Origin: a virus
Taxonomy: Duplodnaviria; Caudoviricetes
Virus record (IMG/VR): IMGVR_UViG_3300045739_000092
Coordinates: 1 to 60,525 of that record
DNA length: 60,525 bases
Strand: one strand, 5' to 3'
The position numbers and the translations under genes are program-made. Under the pieces are notes generated by a model. That model was not told where the DNA came from and ran no database searches. It worked only from the letters and a program-made list of their open reading frames with translations. Each line of letters starts with the position of its first letter. The stretch's first letter is position 1. Shown here piece by piece: positions 45,841-56,700 of this stretch.

Positions 45841-46007
45841 CTAGGGCTTCTTCAAGCCCCAGACCTTCCGCAAGAGTTCCTCATCGGTTGGTGGCCTACG
45901 GATCCACCAGATGACCCACCCCACCAGCACCACCCATCCGGCAACAATCACGCTCATACTCCTTATGACCGTCGACTCTTCCGATCCTTACACTACCCTT
46001 TCTCTCT

Positions 46008-46742
46008 ATGGCAGATCTGGCCGTAGTTCCTAGCCAAGACAACGTCACCGTTGCTCAGTACCTCTCTCTCCCCGACGTCGTGGCATGGGAGAAGATCCCT
46101 CATGAGTCCAAAGAGCAGCACGACGCCTTTCTGGCCTACCTGGAGTTCCCTCCCCGCTCCATCACTGGCCTAGCCGAACAGATCGGCTCCCCAACTACCA
46201 CTCTCTACCGATGGGCGCGCCGTTTCTCTTGGGAGGATCGGGCTAGGGAGTTCGACATAGAGATGGACCGAGCCTTCGCCCGGGAGATGGCTCATCAGGC
46301 TCGAGAGACGGCTCGCCGACATTCCCAAGAAGCTCGAGACACCATCAAGACCCTTCTCGCTCCCGTCGAGGCCATGCGGCTCCGTTACGAGGAAGACCCC
46401 GAGCGGTTCATAGCCGAACTCAGTGAGAAGGATCTCAACACCCTCTTCTCGATGGTCAACAAGTCTGCAGCCAAGCTGCCCTCTATGATGAACGCCGAGC
46501 GTCTTGCACAAGGTTCGCCAACGGAGATCACCAAACGTCATGACGACCACTCACTCTCAGTCGATATCGGAGACCCAGCAAGAATCATCGACACGATCTC
46601 GGCGCTTGGAGGACTGGATTACCTCTCTCAACTCCTCAGAGCGGGAGATGCTGGGGAAGTCATTGAAGCCGAGGCTTACGAAGTACATACCGATCTATCC
46701 GACGCCTCGCCAGACAGCCTTCCTCCTGGCTCCCCAACGTGA
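46008..46742 (+). CDS. terS: Terminase small subunit
   Basis: HES...AF..Y, HTH (TTLYRWARRFSWEDRA); directly upstream of terL. Confidence 0.8.
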   Translation: MADLAVVPSQDNVTVAQYLSLPDVVAWEKIPHESKEQHDAFLAYLEFPPRSITGLAEQIGSPTTTLYRWARRFSWEDRAREFDIEMDRAFAREMAHQARETARRHSQEARDTIKTLLAPVEAMRLRYEEDPERFIAELSEKDLNTLFSMVNKSAAKLPSMMNAERLAQGSPTEITKRHDDHSLSVDIGDPARIIDTISALGGLDYLSQLLRAGDAGEVIEAEAYEVHTDLSDASPDSLPPGSPT

Positions 46743-47976
46743 GGTTCTCTACGGGGGCGCGGCCGGTGGTGGGAAGTCGTTCGGGCTCCTCATGGGGGCT
46801 CTCCAGCACGTAGACATTCCTGGCTACTCGGCCGGCATCTTCCGTCGCACCTTCCAGGATCTCGCCCTTCCTGGTGCCCTCATGGCTCTTTCCAAGGAGT
46901 GGCTCATGAACACCGATGCTTCCTGGAACGCCGAGCGTTACGTCTGGACCTTCCCTTCGGGCGCCACCATCATGTTCGGCTACCTCAAATCCATTGACGA
47001 CAAGTTCCGCTACCAGGGATCGCGTTTCCACTACATCGCTTTCGATGAGCTCACCCAGTTCGAGGCCGAGCAGTACCTCTATCTCTTCTCCCGCAACCGC
47101 AGAGAGGACCATGAGACCACGAACTCCCCTGCAGCCCAGATCCCCCTACGGATGAGGGCCGCGACCAACCCCGGCGGTGTCGGTCATGAATGGGTCAAGA
47201 AGCGGTTCATCGGGACGGCCCGCAAGCCCGTTCGCAAGAAGTCTCGCCTCTTCATCCCCGCCTTCTTGTCGGACAACCCCTACCTCGATCAACACAGCTA
47301 CCGCGAGTCCCTCGAGGAGCTCGACATAGTCACCAAGGCCCAACTTCTCCGCGGTGACTGGGAGGCCGATGCCAGGGGCGGCATGTTCAAGCCCCACTGG
47401 TTCAACATCTCAGAAGATCCTCCCCACCGCTTCTCCTACCTCATCCGTTACTGGGATATGGCCGGGACCTCTGCCAGACGCGGTCGTTCCCCCGACTACA
47501 CGGTGGGGACCAAGCTCGGTCTCGACCAACAGGGCACCTACTGGGTCCTAGATGTCCGCCGCTTTCGAGAAGAGCCGCCCGACACCGAACGGCTCATCTA
47601 TGAAACCGCAATAGCAGATGGCCCCGGGGTCGACATCTTCATGGAGAGGCAGCCGGGTTCCGCGGGCAAGGGCGAGATCTCGAACTACGCCCGCAATGTC
47701 CTCCCGGGGTTCGCCTTCCGTCAGCACCAGACCACCGGCGACAAATCCATTCGCGCCAAGCCCGTGTCCACAGCAGCAGAGAACGGTCTCGTCAGCATCC
47801 TCTACGCTGAGTGGAACGAATCCTTCCTCGATGAGCTGTCCCTCTTCCCCGATGGTTCGTTCGATGACCAAGTTGACTCTCTTTCTGGTGCCTTCGACGT
47901 GATCTTCCGTCGAGTCCAGGTCGCCAAGCGAGGACAGGGTAAACAGACCTCACGCTTCGCCAGCAGACGACGATGA
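46606..47976 (+). CDS. terL: Terminase large subunit (start uncertain: 46606 TTG or 46648 ATG)
   Basis: YGGAAGGGKS, FDELTQF, ATNPGG, YWD.A, DDQVD. Confidence 0.95.
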   Translation: MEDWITSLNSSEREMLGKSLKPRLTKYIPIYPTPRQTAFLLAPQREVLYGGAAGGGKSFGLLMGALQHVDIPGYSAGIFRRTFQDLALPGALMALSKEWLMNTDASWNAERYVWTFPSGATIMFGYLKSIDDKFRYQGSRFHYIAFDELTQFEAEQYLYLFSRNRREDHETTNSPAAQIPLRMRAATNPGGVGHEWVKKRFIGTARKPVRKKSRLFIPAFLSDNPYLDQHSYRESLEELDIVTKAQLLRGDWEADARGGMFKPHWFNISEDPPHRFSYLIRYWDMAGTSARRGRSPDYTVGTKLGLDQQGTYWVLDVRRFREEPPDTERLIYETAIADGPGVDIFMERQPGSAGKGEISNYARNVLPGFAFRQHQTTGDKSIRAKPVSTAAENGLVSILYAEWNESFLDELSLFPDGSFDDQVDSLSGAFDVIFRRVQVAKRGQGKQTSRFASRRR

Positions 47977-48200
47977 AATACCTCAACAAGCTCCATTGCC
48001 GTCTAGCCGGTCATTATTGGCTCGGGGGGCAAGAGGTAGTTCCTCTTGCGACCTGGCCCATCTATCGCTACACCCCGACCTACATAGGACACCAAGTATG
48101 CGGTAGATGTTCCATCAAACGCAAGGTCAGATTGCGAGCAAGTCCTCAGCCGCGTACCGGAGGTCGCTTATCCTTGCCTCGAGAATCGACGGAGGCTTAG
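47973..48200 (+). CDS. Small Cys/His protein
   Basis: CRLAGH.W...CGRC; ATGA overlap. Confidence 0.55.
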   Translation: MKYLNKLHCRLAGHYWLGGQEVVPLATWPIYRYTPTYIGHQVCGRCSIKRKVRLRASPQPRTGGRLSLPRESTEA

Positions 48201-49664
48201 TTGGCTCTACCCCCCCAGGTCGTTCCCCGCGGCAGAGATGTTCCTCCGGGTCCCTTCGATGTCGAGATCATCCTTCAACTGATCCGACACGAAGAGGGAC
48301 TCTTGGGAACCGAGCTCGAGGATCTCGACCGCTACCGCGACTACTACGAAGGAACTCAGTCACTCGTCTTCGCTACCCAGGAGTTCCAAGAAGCCTTCGG
48401 CGAAACATTCCAGGGCTTCCGCGACAACTGGTGCGAGGTCGTTGTGGATACGGTGGAGGACCGTCTCGACGTTCAGCGGATCTCCTTGCGTGACGAGTCT
48501 TCAGATGACCCCCTCAATCCAGATGACGATCCTGTCTGGCAGGTCTTCCTCAACAACGAGTTCGAGGAGATCCAATCGGAGCTCTACAACAACGCGTTGG
48601 TCGAGGGTCGTTCCGCCATTCTGGTCTGGCCTGACGACGAGCTCGGCGCCCGCATCGACGCTCAGGTAGCTCAGAACTTCAAGGTCACCTATCACCCCGA
48701 CGACAAGCGGCGTCCCATCTGGGCCATCAAGCGATGGTTCACCGAGGCCGGGGAAGCTCGGATGACGGTCTACTTCTCGGACTTCATCTACAAGTTCCGA
48801 ACGGATGGGAACTTCAACATCATCAACAACGTTGTCACTTTCCCCAACACCGGATCCTCGTGGGTGATACGTCCGCCGCAAGAGACCGGTGATCCCTCTT
48901 GGCCTCTCCCCAATCCACTCGGCATGGTCCCCATAGTCGAGTTCCGCAACCGCGGCGATGTCTCTGAGATCATCAACGTCATCCCCCAGCAAGATGCTCT
49001 CAACAAGTCCATCGTCAACATGATGGTCGCTTCCGAGTTCCACGGCTTCCCTCAGCGTTACATCATCTCTTCCAACAAGGCGCCGGCGGAGGGTTGGGCT
49101 TCTGGCCCCGGCACCATCTGGGAGATCGAACCCGAAGTAGACATCGACGGCAAATCGCTTCCCACTGAGGTCGGCTCCCTCGATGCGGCTGACCCCTCCT
49201 CCTACATCAAGATCATCGAGTTCTTCAAGGAGGACATCGCCGCGACCTCCCGAACCCCGATAGATGTCTTCGGCGTTTCTTCCCAGCGGGGACAGCGGGG
49301 AGACGCTCCATCTGGGGAATCTCGCCGCGTGGGCGAAGGTGGTCTCATCAAGAAGGTCGAGAAGCTCCAAGCCCGTTGGTCGAAGCGTTGGGTCATGGTT
49401 GCTCGCTTGGTAGCAGCGGCTCTCGGCGACGCCGATGCCTCTGTCACCCGCGGAGATGTCATCTGGGCCAACCCTCAAGCTCATTACTACATGCTGCTTC
49501 TCGAAGAGGGCCGTAAGATGATCCAGGAGTTGGGTCTTCCCCCAGAGATGGCTTGGAAGCGTCTCGGGATGGACGAAGCCGAAATCGCTGATGCCTTGGC
49601 CTACTTCAAGGAACGAGAGGCCAGAGAGGAGCGAATGGACAAGATCGACCCAGAGATGCCGTGA
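48201..49664 (+). CDS. Portal protein (SPP1 gp6-like)
   Basis: YYEG.Q, NWCEVVVD, NPLGMVPIVEF.N, PQRY, SGES. Confidence 0.9.
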   Translation: MALPPQVVPRGRDVPPGPFDVEIILQLIRHEEGLLGTELEDLDRYRDYYEGTQSLVFATQEFQEAFGETFQGFRDNWCEVVVDTVEDRLDVQRISLRDESSDDPLNPDDDPVWQVFLNNEFEEIQSELYNNALVEGRSAILVWPDDELGARIDAQVAQNFKVTYHPDDKRRPIWAIKRWFTEAGEARMTVYFSDFIYKFRTDGNFNIINNVVTFPNTGSSWVIRPPQETGDPSWPLPNPLGMVPIVEFRNRGDVSEIINVIPQQDALNKSIVNMMVASEFHGFPQRYIISSNKAPAEGWASGPGTIWEIEPEVDIDGKSLPTEVGSLDAADPSSYIKIIEFFKEDIAATSRTPIDVFGVSSQRGQRGDAPSGESRRVGEGGLIKKVEKLQARWSKRWVMVARLVAAALGDADASVTRGDVIWANPQAHYYMLLLEEGRKMIQELGLPPEMAWKRLGMDEAEIADALAYFKEREAREERMDKIDPEMP

Positions 49665-49915
49665 ACGGTTGATAGCACCCTTCCCGGATCCTCCTACCCG
49701 GCTCACCCTCAAGCCCTCTTCGCCGTTCTTCCAATCCGCCCACGGAGAAGAGGCCAGCGCACAGAGGCGGGAAGCACTACGGGGAGGGTGCTATCAACCG
49801 GTTATTGTCAACAACTTCGCCCAGTTGCTACTCTGGCTCGCGTGAGAAACTTCCTGAGCGTGCCAGGTCATGCACGCACCGGTAGCTGGCTCCGGTCAAC
49901 GCGAGCACCGATACC

Positions 49916-50572
49916 GTGGAGGTAGACGTGGACGATCTTCGACGCCGATTGATTCCCACCCTGTATGGAGCCGATGAGGAAGATGCTGAGTCACCTTCCG
50001 AAGAGACTCCACCGCAGACCCAAGAACTATCAGCAGAGGAGCTCGAGAAGATGGCAGCTCGGGCGAGCGATCGTGGAGGCCGCAAGGCCGTAAACAAGCT
50101 CACCGAGGAAGCAGGTTTCTCCTCGAGACAGGAGATGCTCGACTACATCAAGGCTCAGCGAGAGCGAGAGGATTCGGAGAAATCCGAACTCGAGAAAGCT
50201 CAGACCGTGGCCCAGTCGAAACTCTCAGAGGCCCAATCGCTTGTGGAGTCGGTCCAGGCAGAACGCTTCGATCTCGCGATCGAGCGTCGTGTCATCAGGG
50301 CCGGCGTCGCCGACGAGAAGGTCGAGCGTATCGTCACACTCATCAAGTCCGAGATCGGGGACACCGATCCTGACGCCTGGAACGAAGACATCGAAGCAGC
50401 ACTCGAGTCAGTCAGAGAAGATCTGCCTGAGCTCTTCGGCAAGTCGTCTTCCGCCACCACTGGATCCGGGGATGGTGGGGTGCCAACGAGCCCCCCGCCG
50501 CCACCTGTAGACCAAGTGAACAAGCAAGTGGAAGAGCTTCTCTCCCGAGGGAGAGTCCGCCTTCCCGGCTAG
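49916..50572 (+). CDS. Capsid scaffolding protein
   Basis: Acidic coiled coil, KSELEKAQ, PELF motif. Confidence 0.8.
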   Translation: MEVDVDDLRRRLIPTLYGADEEDAESPSEETPPQTQELSAEELEKMAARASDRGGRKAVNKLTEEAGFSSRQEMLDYIKAQREREDSEKSELEKAQTVAQSKLSEAQSLVESVQAERFDLAIERRVIRAGVADEKVERIVTLIKSEIGDTDPDAWNEDIEAALESVREDLPELFGKSSSATTGSGDGGVPTSPPPPPVDQVNKQVEELLSRGRVRLPG

Positions 50573-50593
50573 TTCCCCGAGTAAGGAAAGGCA

Positions 50594-51010
50594 ATGGCTC
50601 GACTAGACAAGACATTTGTCGAGGTCCGAGCGACGGTGAAGTCGGATACGGCGATCGCTGGTGTCTTCGGTGATGACACAAACCCCAACCTGGCCTGCGT
50701 GGCCCTCGACGCAAACGGTGAGCTCGTTCTCGCCGGCGAGGGTGCGGCCTTGGGAGTCATCGACACAACCGAAGGCAAGGCGGACTCCTCAGTCCCGGGC
50801 TTCCTCAGTGCCGCAGCCGGATCGGTGGTGACGGTGTTCAAGGTTGCCCAGTTCGTGGAAGTCACGGACGCAGGCTTGACCGCCGGTGATCCCATCTATT
50901 CGGCAGCCGCCGGTGACGTGGCTACGTCGCCCCCGGCGTCGGTACAGAAGATCGGTGACGTGATGAAGGAGTCAACCCGCATCATGTTCGACTTCTCCGC
51001 ACCCGCCTAG
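50594..51010 (+). CDS. Capsid decoration/cement protein
   Basis: 138 aa Ala/Gly-rich, between scaffold and capsid. Confidence 0.65.
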   Translation: MARLDKTFVEVRATVKSDTAIAGVFGDDTNPNLACVALDANGELVLAGEGAALGVIDTTEGKADSSVPGFLSAAAGSVVTVFKVAQFVEVTDAGLTAGDPIYSAAAGDVATSPPASVQKIGDVMKESTRIMFDFSAPA

Positions 51011-51021
51011 GAAGGAATGAG

Positions 51022-52212
51022 ATGAAGACGATCGTTGATCGCGAACTCTCACGTTCCGTCCTAGAGCGTGCGGCGTCGCGAGGAATCATCAGGCCGGCGC
51101 TGATCCCCGCACTCTTCGGCTCGGATGAGGGTGGCACCGGTCCAGCCGGTGTCCACGCTCGCGCCGATGTCGGTCCCCGAAACACGGTTGACGGAGTTCC
51201 GCTAGAAACCTTGTGGAACGAGTACAACACGCGTCTCGCAGCCTTCAATCGCACGGCCTCTCGTTTCGAGGCCATGCTCGCCTTCCAGACGAACAATCTC
51301 ACCCTTCGCATGGGTGTGCCTCGTCGGAAGCAGATGGAGCAGGCGACCGAGTACGGACAGCCGACTCGTATCCGCACCGAGCGTGTCGCGCGAGGTTTCG
51401 ACCTCAAGCACTATGACATCGGATTCGGCTTCACTCAGGAGTTCCTGGATGACGCCACAGCGGAAGAGATCGCGGCGATCCCGCCCCTGGCCGAGGAAGC
51501 ATGGAACGCCCGCAGGAAGAAGACCCTCCTGCAGCGCCTCATGCTTGAGAACAACTACACGGATCCCGAAGAGGGGATCGCTGTCAAGAAGCTCTACAAC
51601 GGAGACGGGGAGGTCCCCCCGGACTACCAGGAGTACTCCTTCGACGGCAACCACACGCACTACCTGTGGACGGCCTCCACGGCCGTCGCCCAGGCAGACC
51701 ACGAAGCCGCTGAGCTCCACCTGATCCACCACGGATACGGTGACCTGGCTCTCGACGGCCTCGGCGGTCAGATCCAGGCCCGAATGGATCGTGCGTTGGT
51801 GAAGACATTCCGCGGCTTCGCGGACTTCATCCCTGCTCAGTCCGCAACCGTGGCCTCGATCTTGCCGAACTCCGGTGTGGTCGTGGCCGGCAAGGCTCCT
51901 GGGGATGGGATCCAGGGCCACGTCGGGCAGACGGCAATCATCGAGGACCCGGGGATGCCCGCCGGTTACATTCTCTACACCGCTTCCGGTGGAGAGCTGT
52001 CCGGTCAGAACCCCGTGGGTATGCGCTCGCACCGGAACCCTTCGGCTCGCGGGCTCAGGCTCAACCCGGGACGCACCGACTACCCCATCTACGACTCGTT
52101 CTACGACGGGTACGTGGGTGGTGGCATCATGAACCGTGGTGCCGCTGTCGTGCTCTTCGAGGATGCTGGCGCGGCCGGCGCCTACGTCGATCCTGCCTCA
52201 CTGGCGGAGTAA
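51022..52212 (+). CDS. Major capsid protein
   Basis: 396 aa, position, strong RBS, followed by terminator hairpin. Confidence 0.8.
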   Translation: MKTIVDRELSRSVLERAASRGIIRPALIPALFGSDEGGTGPAGVHARADVGPRNTVDGVPLETLWNEYNTRLAAFNRTASRFEAMLAFQTNNLTLRMGVPRRKQMEQATEYGQPTRIRTERVARGFDLKHYDIGFGFTQEFLDDATAEEIAAIPPLAEEAWNARRKKTLLQRLMLENNYTDPEEGIAVKKLYNGDGEVPPDYQEYSFDGNHTHYLWTASTAVAQADHEAAELHLIHHGYGDLALDGLGGQIQARMDRALVKTFRGFADFIPAQSATVASILPNSGVVVAGKAPGDGIQGHVGQTAIIEDPGMPAGYILYTASGGELSGQNPVGMRSHRNPSARGLRLNPGRTDYPIYDSFYDGYVGGGIMNRGAAVVLFEDAGAAGAYVDPASLAE

Positions 52213-52221
52213 GACGATGAA

Positions 52222-52253
52222 CTTGGGGGGAGGGCTGAGTCCCTCCCCCCAAG
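52222..52253 (+). terminator. Hairpin after major capsid gene
   Basis: CTTGGGGGGAGGG / CCCTCCCCCCAAG. Confidence 0.7.
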
Positions 52254-52268
52254 CTCAGAGAGGAAACG

Positions 52269-52631
52269 ATGGAATACACGCCAGAACAGAACGGTCTTGT
52301 CATCCTCAAGAAGCGTGAGCTCCTACGGATGGGCAGACCAGAGATCGTCGCTCGTATCGACATGCAGATAGAAGCGGGAGTCCCTTTCGCTGAACTGCAG
52401 TTCCTCGATCCGACCGCTCAAGCCCCCAACGAGATCAGACCACAGACCAGCGTCGACGCCACCCAGCTCGAGACTCCTCCCCGTTCGGGGAAAGGGGCTA
52501 CCAAGGCAGCATGGCTCGATTTCGCACTGCTCACCATGGATATCGACCCTGATGTCTTGGCCGACTCATCTCGGGATGACATCATCGTCATGCTCGAGCA
52601 GGCAGAGATCATCCCCATCCTCGAGCCCTAG
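52269..52631 (+). CDS. Hypothetical protein, small helical C-terminal domain
   Basis: GAGG RBS; PPRSGKGATKAAW motif. Confidence 0.6.
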   Translation: MEYTPEQNGLVILKKRELLRMGRPEIVARIDMQIEAGVPFAELQFLDPTAQAPNEIRPQTSVDATQLETPPRSGKGATKAAWLDFALLTMDIDPDVLADSSRDDIIVMLEQAEIIPILEP

Positions 52632-52676
52632 GTTGCTACCCTCGCTGTTGACGAATCCGGTCACGAAAGGAAAGTC

Positions 52677-53288
52677 ATGACCCCTGTCATCTTGGGTCCG
52701 GCCAAGGAACTCCACTTCCCTCTCGCCGGGCTCGTTTTCACCCGTAACGACGAATCTGGCCTCTTCCTCGTGAAGAGGACCCACCAACCGAAGGCGGAGC
52801 GATTCCGTACCTTCATGAGACGCCTCGGACTCGACCAGACCGGTATGGCCGGCTGGGTGGACGAGCGAGAGGCTGCCATCCTCGAGGACTACTTCCGCAC
52901 CGGGAACAACGGCACCGCGTCGCACATCGCTCTCGGGACCACTGATCCCTCAGCCGATGACGAAGCCCTCACCGGATGGGCGGAGTGCGCCAACGCAGGC
53001 TCCTACGCCCGCCAGGCCTACACGCGCAACACGACCAACTGGGGCACCGCCACCGGGGCCGCTCCGAAGCAGGTAGCCAACCTCACGACCCTCACCTTCC
53101 CTCAGGCTTCGGCCTCTTGGGGAACGGTCTCCAACTGGGTCTATGTGACCTCGGCCACCTACGGGGCCGGTGTTGGCGAGTTCTGGGCCGCTCTCACCAC
53201 CCCCAAGGCCGTCGACAACGGCGACACCGCAGAGTTCGCCATCGGTTCGATGATCGCGAAGCTTGGCGATCCGGGAGATTCGTACTAG
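52677..53288 (+). CDS. Fibre-like structural protein with ~56 aa leader
   Basis: YARQA...W...N...TFPQASASWGTV motifs of a common phage structural family. Confidence 0.7.
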   Translation: MTPVILGPAKELHFPLAGLVFTRNDESGLFLVKRTHQPKAERFRTFMRRLGLDQTGMAGWVDEREAAILEDYFRTGNNGTASHIALGTTDPSADDEALTGWAECANAGSYARQAYTRNTTNWGTATGAAPKQVANLTTLTFPQASASWGTVSNWVYVTSATYGAGVGEFWAALTTPKAVDNGDTAEFAIGSMIAKLGDPGDSY

Positions 53289-53321
53289 AACTAGCTCCCC
53301 TCCTGCGCGGCAGCGCAGACT

Positions 53322-53354
53322 GAAGGCGGTGATCGGCTAACGGTCACCGCCTTC
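53322..53354 (+). terminator. Hairpin
   Basis: GAAGGCGGTGA / TCACCGCCTTC. Confidence 0.6.
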
Positions 53355-53367
53355 GTACATTTTGGGG

Positions 53368-53739
53368 GTGGAGCGCAAGCGACAGGTCATAGAACAGATG
53401 AAGGCTGGTACCTACACCTTGCCTGATCCCCTCCAAGTGGCAGATGCGATGATCGCCGACCCACGTTTCAGGAAGAAGGTGGAGTTCGTCTCCGACACCC
53501 GTAGGACCCCGCCCATCATCCGATGCAACCATTGTGGGCTACGCAAGAGAGAGTACGAGTTCTCCGACAACCCGGCCAAGCGCAACCTCCGCAACTCGTG
53601 GTGCCGCGAGTGCTCTCGGGTCGAGCACGACCACTGCGCCGTCGACCACCTCGCTGAGTTCTGGAACTGGCTCGCCAAGATCTTGGCCGACCGCCCTAGT
53701 CTCAACCTTTGGGCCTACGCTGGAAGGGAGGTTGACTAA
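53368..53739 (+). CDS. Zinc-finger protein with FlgM-like N-terminal segment
   Basis: CNHC...CREC; TACATT six nt upstream of GTG. Confidence 0.6.
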   Translation: MERKRQVIEQMKAGTYTLPDPLQVADAMIADPRFRKKVEFVSDTRRTPPIIRCNHCGLRKREYEFSDNPAKRNLRNSWCRECSRVEHDHCAVDHLAEFWNWLAKILADRPSLNLWAYAGREVD

Positions 53740-56700
53740 TGGCTGCCCTAGACGACGCTGAACTCCTCCTCCAAGCGAAGAACTACAGCGGGGCTGGGAA
53801 CTGGCTCGATGAGGCCAACGCCCACGACGGCACCATCACCAATGCCATCTTCAAGAAGTACCCCGACCCGATGTTCATCGGCAAGCCGGGGAACTCGGAC
53901 GGCTATGGGGAGATAGCCGACCACGCCAGCTTCGACCTCTCGGGGGACACCACCTGGTTCCTCGACATGGTGATAGACGAGGCGGTGGGCGAGCCGGGGA
54001 TGCTGGTGGGGCGTCGTGACGGCAGCGGCACACCGGGCAAGGTGTGGATTCTCTACATCAACACCGGCGGCAACTTTGGGATGGACAACTACGACGCCGA
54101 TGGAGTGTTCAAGTACGGGCACACCACTCCCTACTCAAACCTGGCCGCGGTCGGGGAGCGCGTTCAGATCAAGTTCGAGTACGAACCAGACAATGGCTCC
54201 TCGCAGGAGGAGTATTCGATTTACAAGCGGGCCTACCAGGGCCAAGACCTGCTCGACCCAACCGGGTGGACTCTGGTGAAGAACCAGACGGTGGGAACAG
54301 AGGCCCACACCTGGACCGCCGACGATGCGCCGTTGTGGTTCCACCGCTTCGAGTCCACCTACATTGACGACCAGGGGATCTTCCGCTTCGTCTGGAAGGA
54401 AGGGCTTGGCGAGAGTGGCACCACCATCGTCGACACCGATTTCACCAAGGTCACTGAGGCTGAGGAGGCGGCGGGGAGTTTCACCGAGGATGGCCCCAAC
54501 GCCCTGACCTGTTCGTTCAACGGCGATGGCGTCTACATACGCCGACCGCAGAAGTACGCCTACCTGCCAGGGGCGAGCACCGACTACATCGACACCCCGA
54601 CCTCGACCAACCTCGACCCGACCGACGATGTCACGTTCCTGCTCGACATACAGCTTGATGACTACACCCCGGCAGCCGACACCGGACTGGCTCGTCGCTA
54701 CATCACAACGGGTAACCATCGGCAGTGGCACATTCGTAGCCAGCCTGCGGGCAATATCCAACTCATCATCGGAGATGGGTCTGGTGCGTACCGCTATTCG
54801 TTCCAGCCGAATCCTGGCCTCACCGATGGGCAGCGATACCAAATCAAGATAGAACTCGATGCCGATAACGGCTCGACCCAGACCCAGTGCAACATGTTCT
54901 ATCGCCAGTACGGAGGCCAAGACCTCTGGACCGACGACACCGGATGGACCGACTTCAGTGGCGACCTGACAGTCGCAGGCACCCAGTCATGGAAGGCGGT
55001 GACGGCTCCGCTTGAAGTGGGGCGTGGCGATACCGCTAGCTACCCGACGGGCGACTTCTATCGCTTCATCCTCGCTGACGGCATCGGTGGTGGCCGCACC
55101 AAGATGGCCGATGTTGATCTCAACGACGACTCTGTAGCCGAGCCATTCTCCACCTTCACCGAGCAGAGCGCCAACGCAGCGACCATGACCATCAACCGCG
55201 CAGGTCGGGGCAACTTCGCCACCACCATCGTTGACCAGGCCATGTGGCTGTTCGACAGCAACACGACCTACATCACCATCCCCGACCACGCCAACCTGGA
55301 CATCGGAGCATCGGACGACGCCACCGTCGTCCTCGTCTATCGGCTGTACGACCTCTATGTAGGCACGCACGACCGGCTCCTGTTCAAGAAGTCGGTCAGT
55401 GGCTCGTCTGGTGTTGGGTGGGGAATGATGCGGACACTCAACGATTACGTCCAAGGGCTGCTGTCGGACGGCACCACGCAGGTCACCGACCAGAAGCAGA
55501 CAGTGGTGACGGCCAGGGAGCGCCACATCTCAGCGATGGTCGTCAACCGCACCGCTGACGAACTGACAACCTGGCTCGATGCCACCGAGGAGAACTCCCC
55601 AGGCACACCCGGCACCACCGACGCCAACACCACCGATGATGTTCTCGTCATGGCTCAGACCAACGCAGGGAACAGGGGTCACGGAGTCGTCATGGCGGTG
55701 GCGTTCTGGACGCGTGCTCTGTCCGATGCGGAGATCGCCGGTCTAGAGGATGAGTTCTTCCCGCCCGTCGTCAACTATGTCTCATTGGACGGCGCGGGCT
55801 CGGCAGCCTCATCCGGTGGGTTGCAATCCCGACTGATCCTTGATGGAGATGGCGATTCCATCACCACTCCTGACTCAGTTCCCCTGTCCGTCACGGGAGA
55901 CATCGACATTCGATTCGACGGGAGTGATGGTTGGGATGATGCTGCCATCTACACCCCGATACGCAAAGACTGGTATCTCCAGTTAGGGAATACAGGAACA
56001 CTCGCATTCGCGTGGTACGACTCTCTCGATAATTTCAACGCGAAGGAATCCACCACCGCGGTTCCTTTCGGAGCAGGCCGAGGAGCTGTCCGCGTAACTG
56101 TCGATGTCGATAACGGGGCTAGCGACGCTGAGGTCACTTTCTACACCGCTGACACCATCGCGGGACCATGGACACAACTGGGATCTGTTGTCCTAGTCGG
56201 TGCCACCACGGACTTTCGTGACAATGGAGTGGTTCTCCGCATCGGCGCGTTCTCCGCCACGCTGCAGGAGTGGCCTGGGACAGTATTCGCCAGCGAGATG
56301 TACGACGGGATCGACGGAACCCGCGTACTGAACTACCGAGGCGAAGATGACGGTCAGGCGGATTCCGAAGGCAACACCTGGAGCTTCTCGGGAGATGCCT
56401 ACGTCATCGGCGACAATGCCCTTTCTGTTACCCGCGGGATATCCGGGACTGGGTCTTCATCCTCGAGTGGGACTAGCTCGCTGACGATCGAGCGGCCTCT
56501 CGCTGGATCGGGAGCCGCCTCCTCGACAGGTTCGAGCTCACTGACCATCAAAGTTCTCCTCTCCGGGACTGGGTCATCTAGCTCCCAAGGGGATGCCGAT
56601 CTCACCGTGTTGGCCCTCCTTTCGGGGTCTGGATCAGCATCCGGTCAAGGGACGGGCGACCTCACAGTCATAGCCGGGGTGATCGACCTAGCTGGTACTG

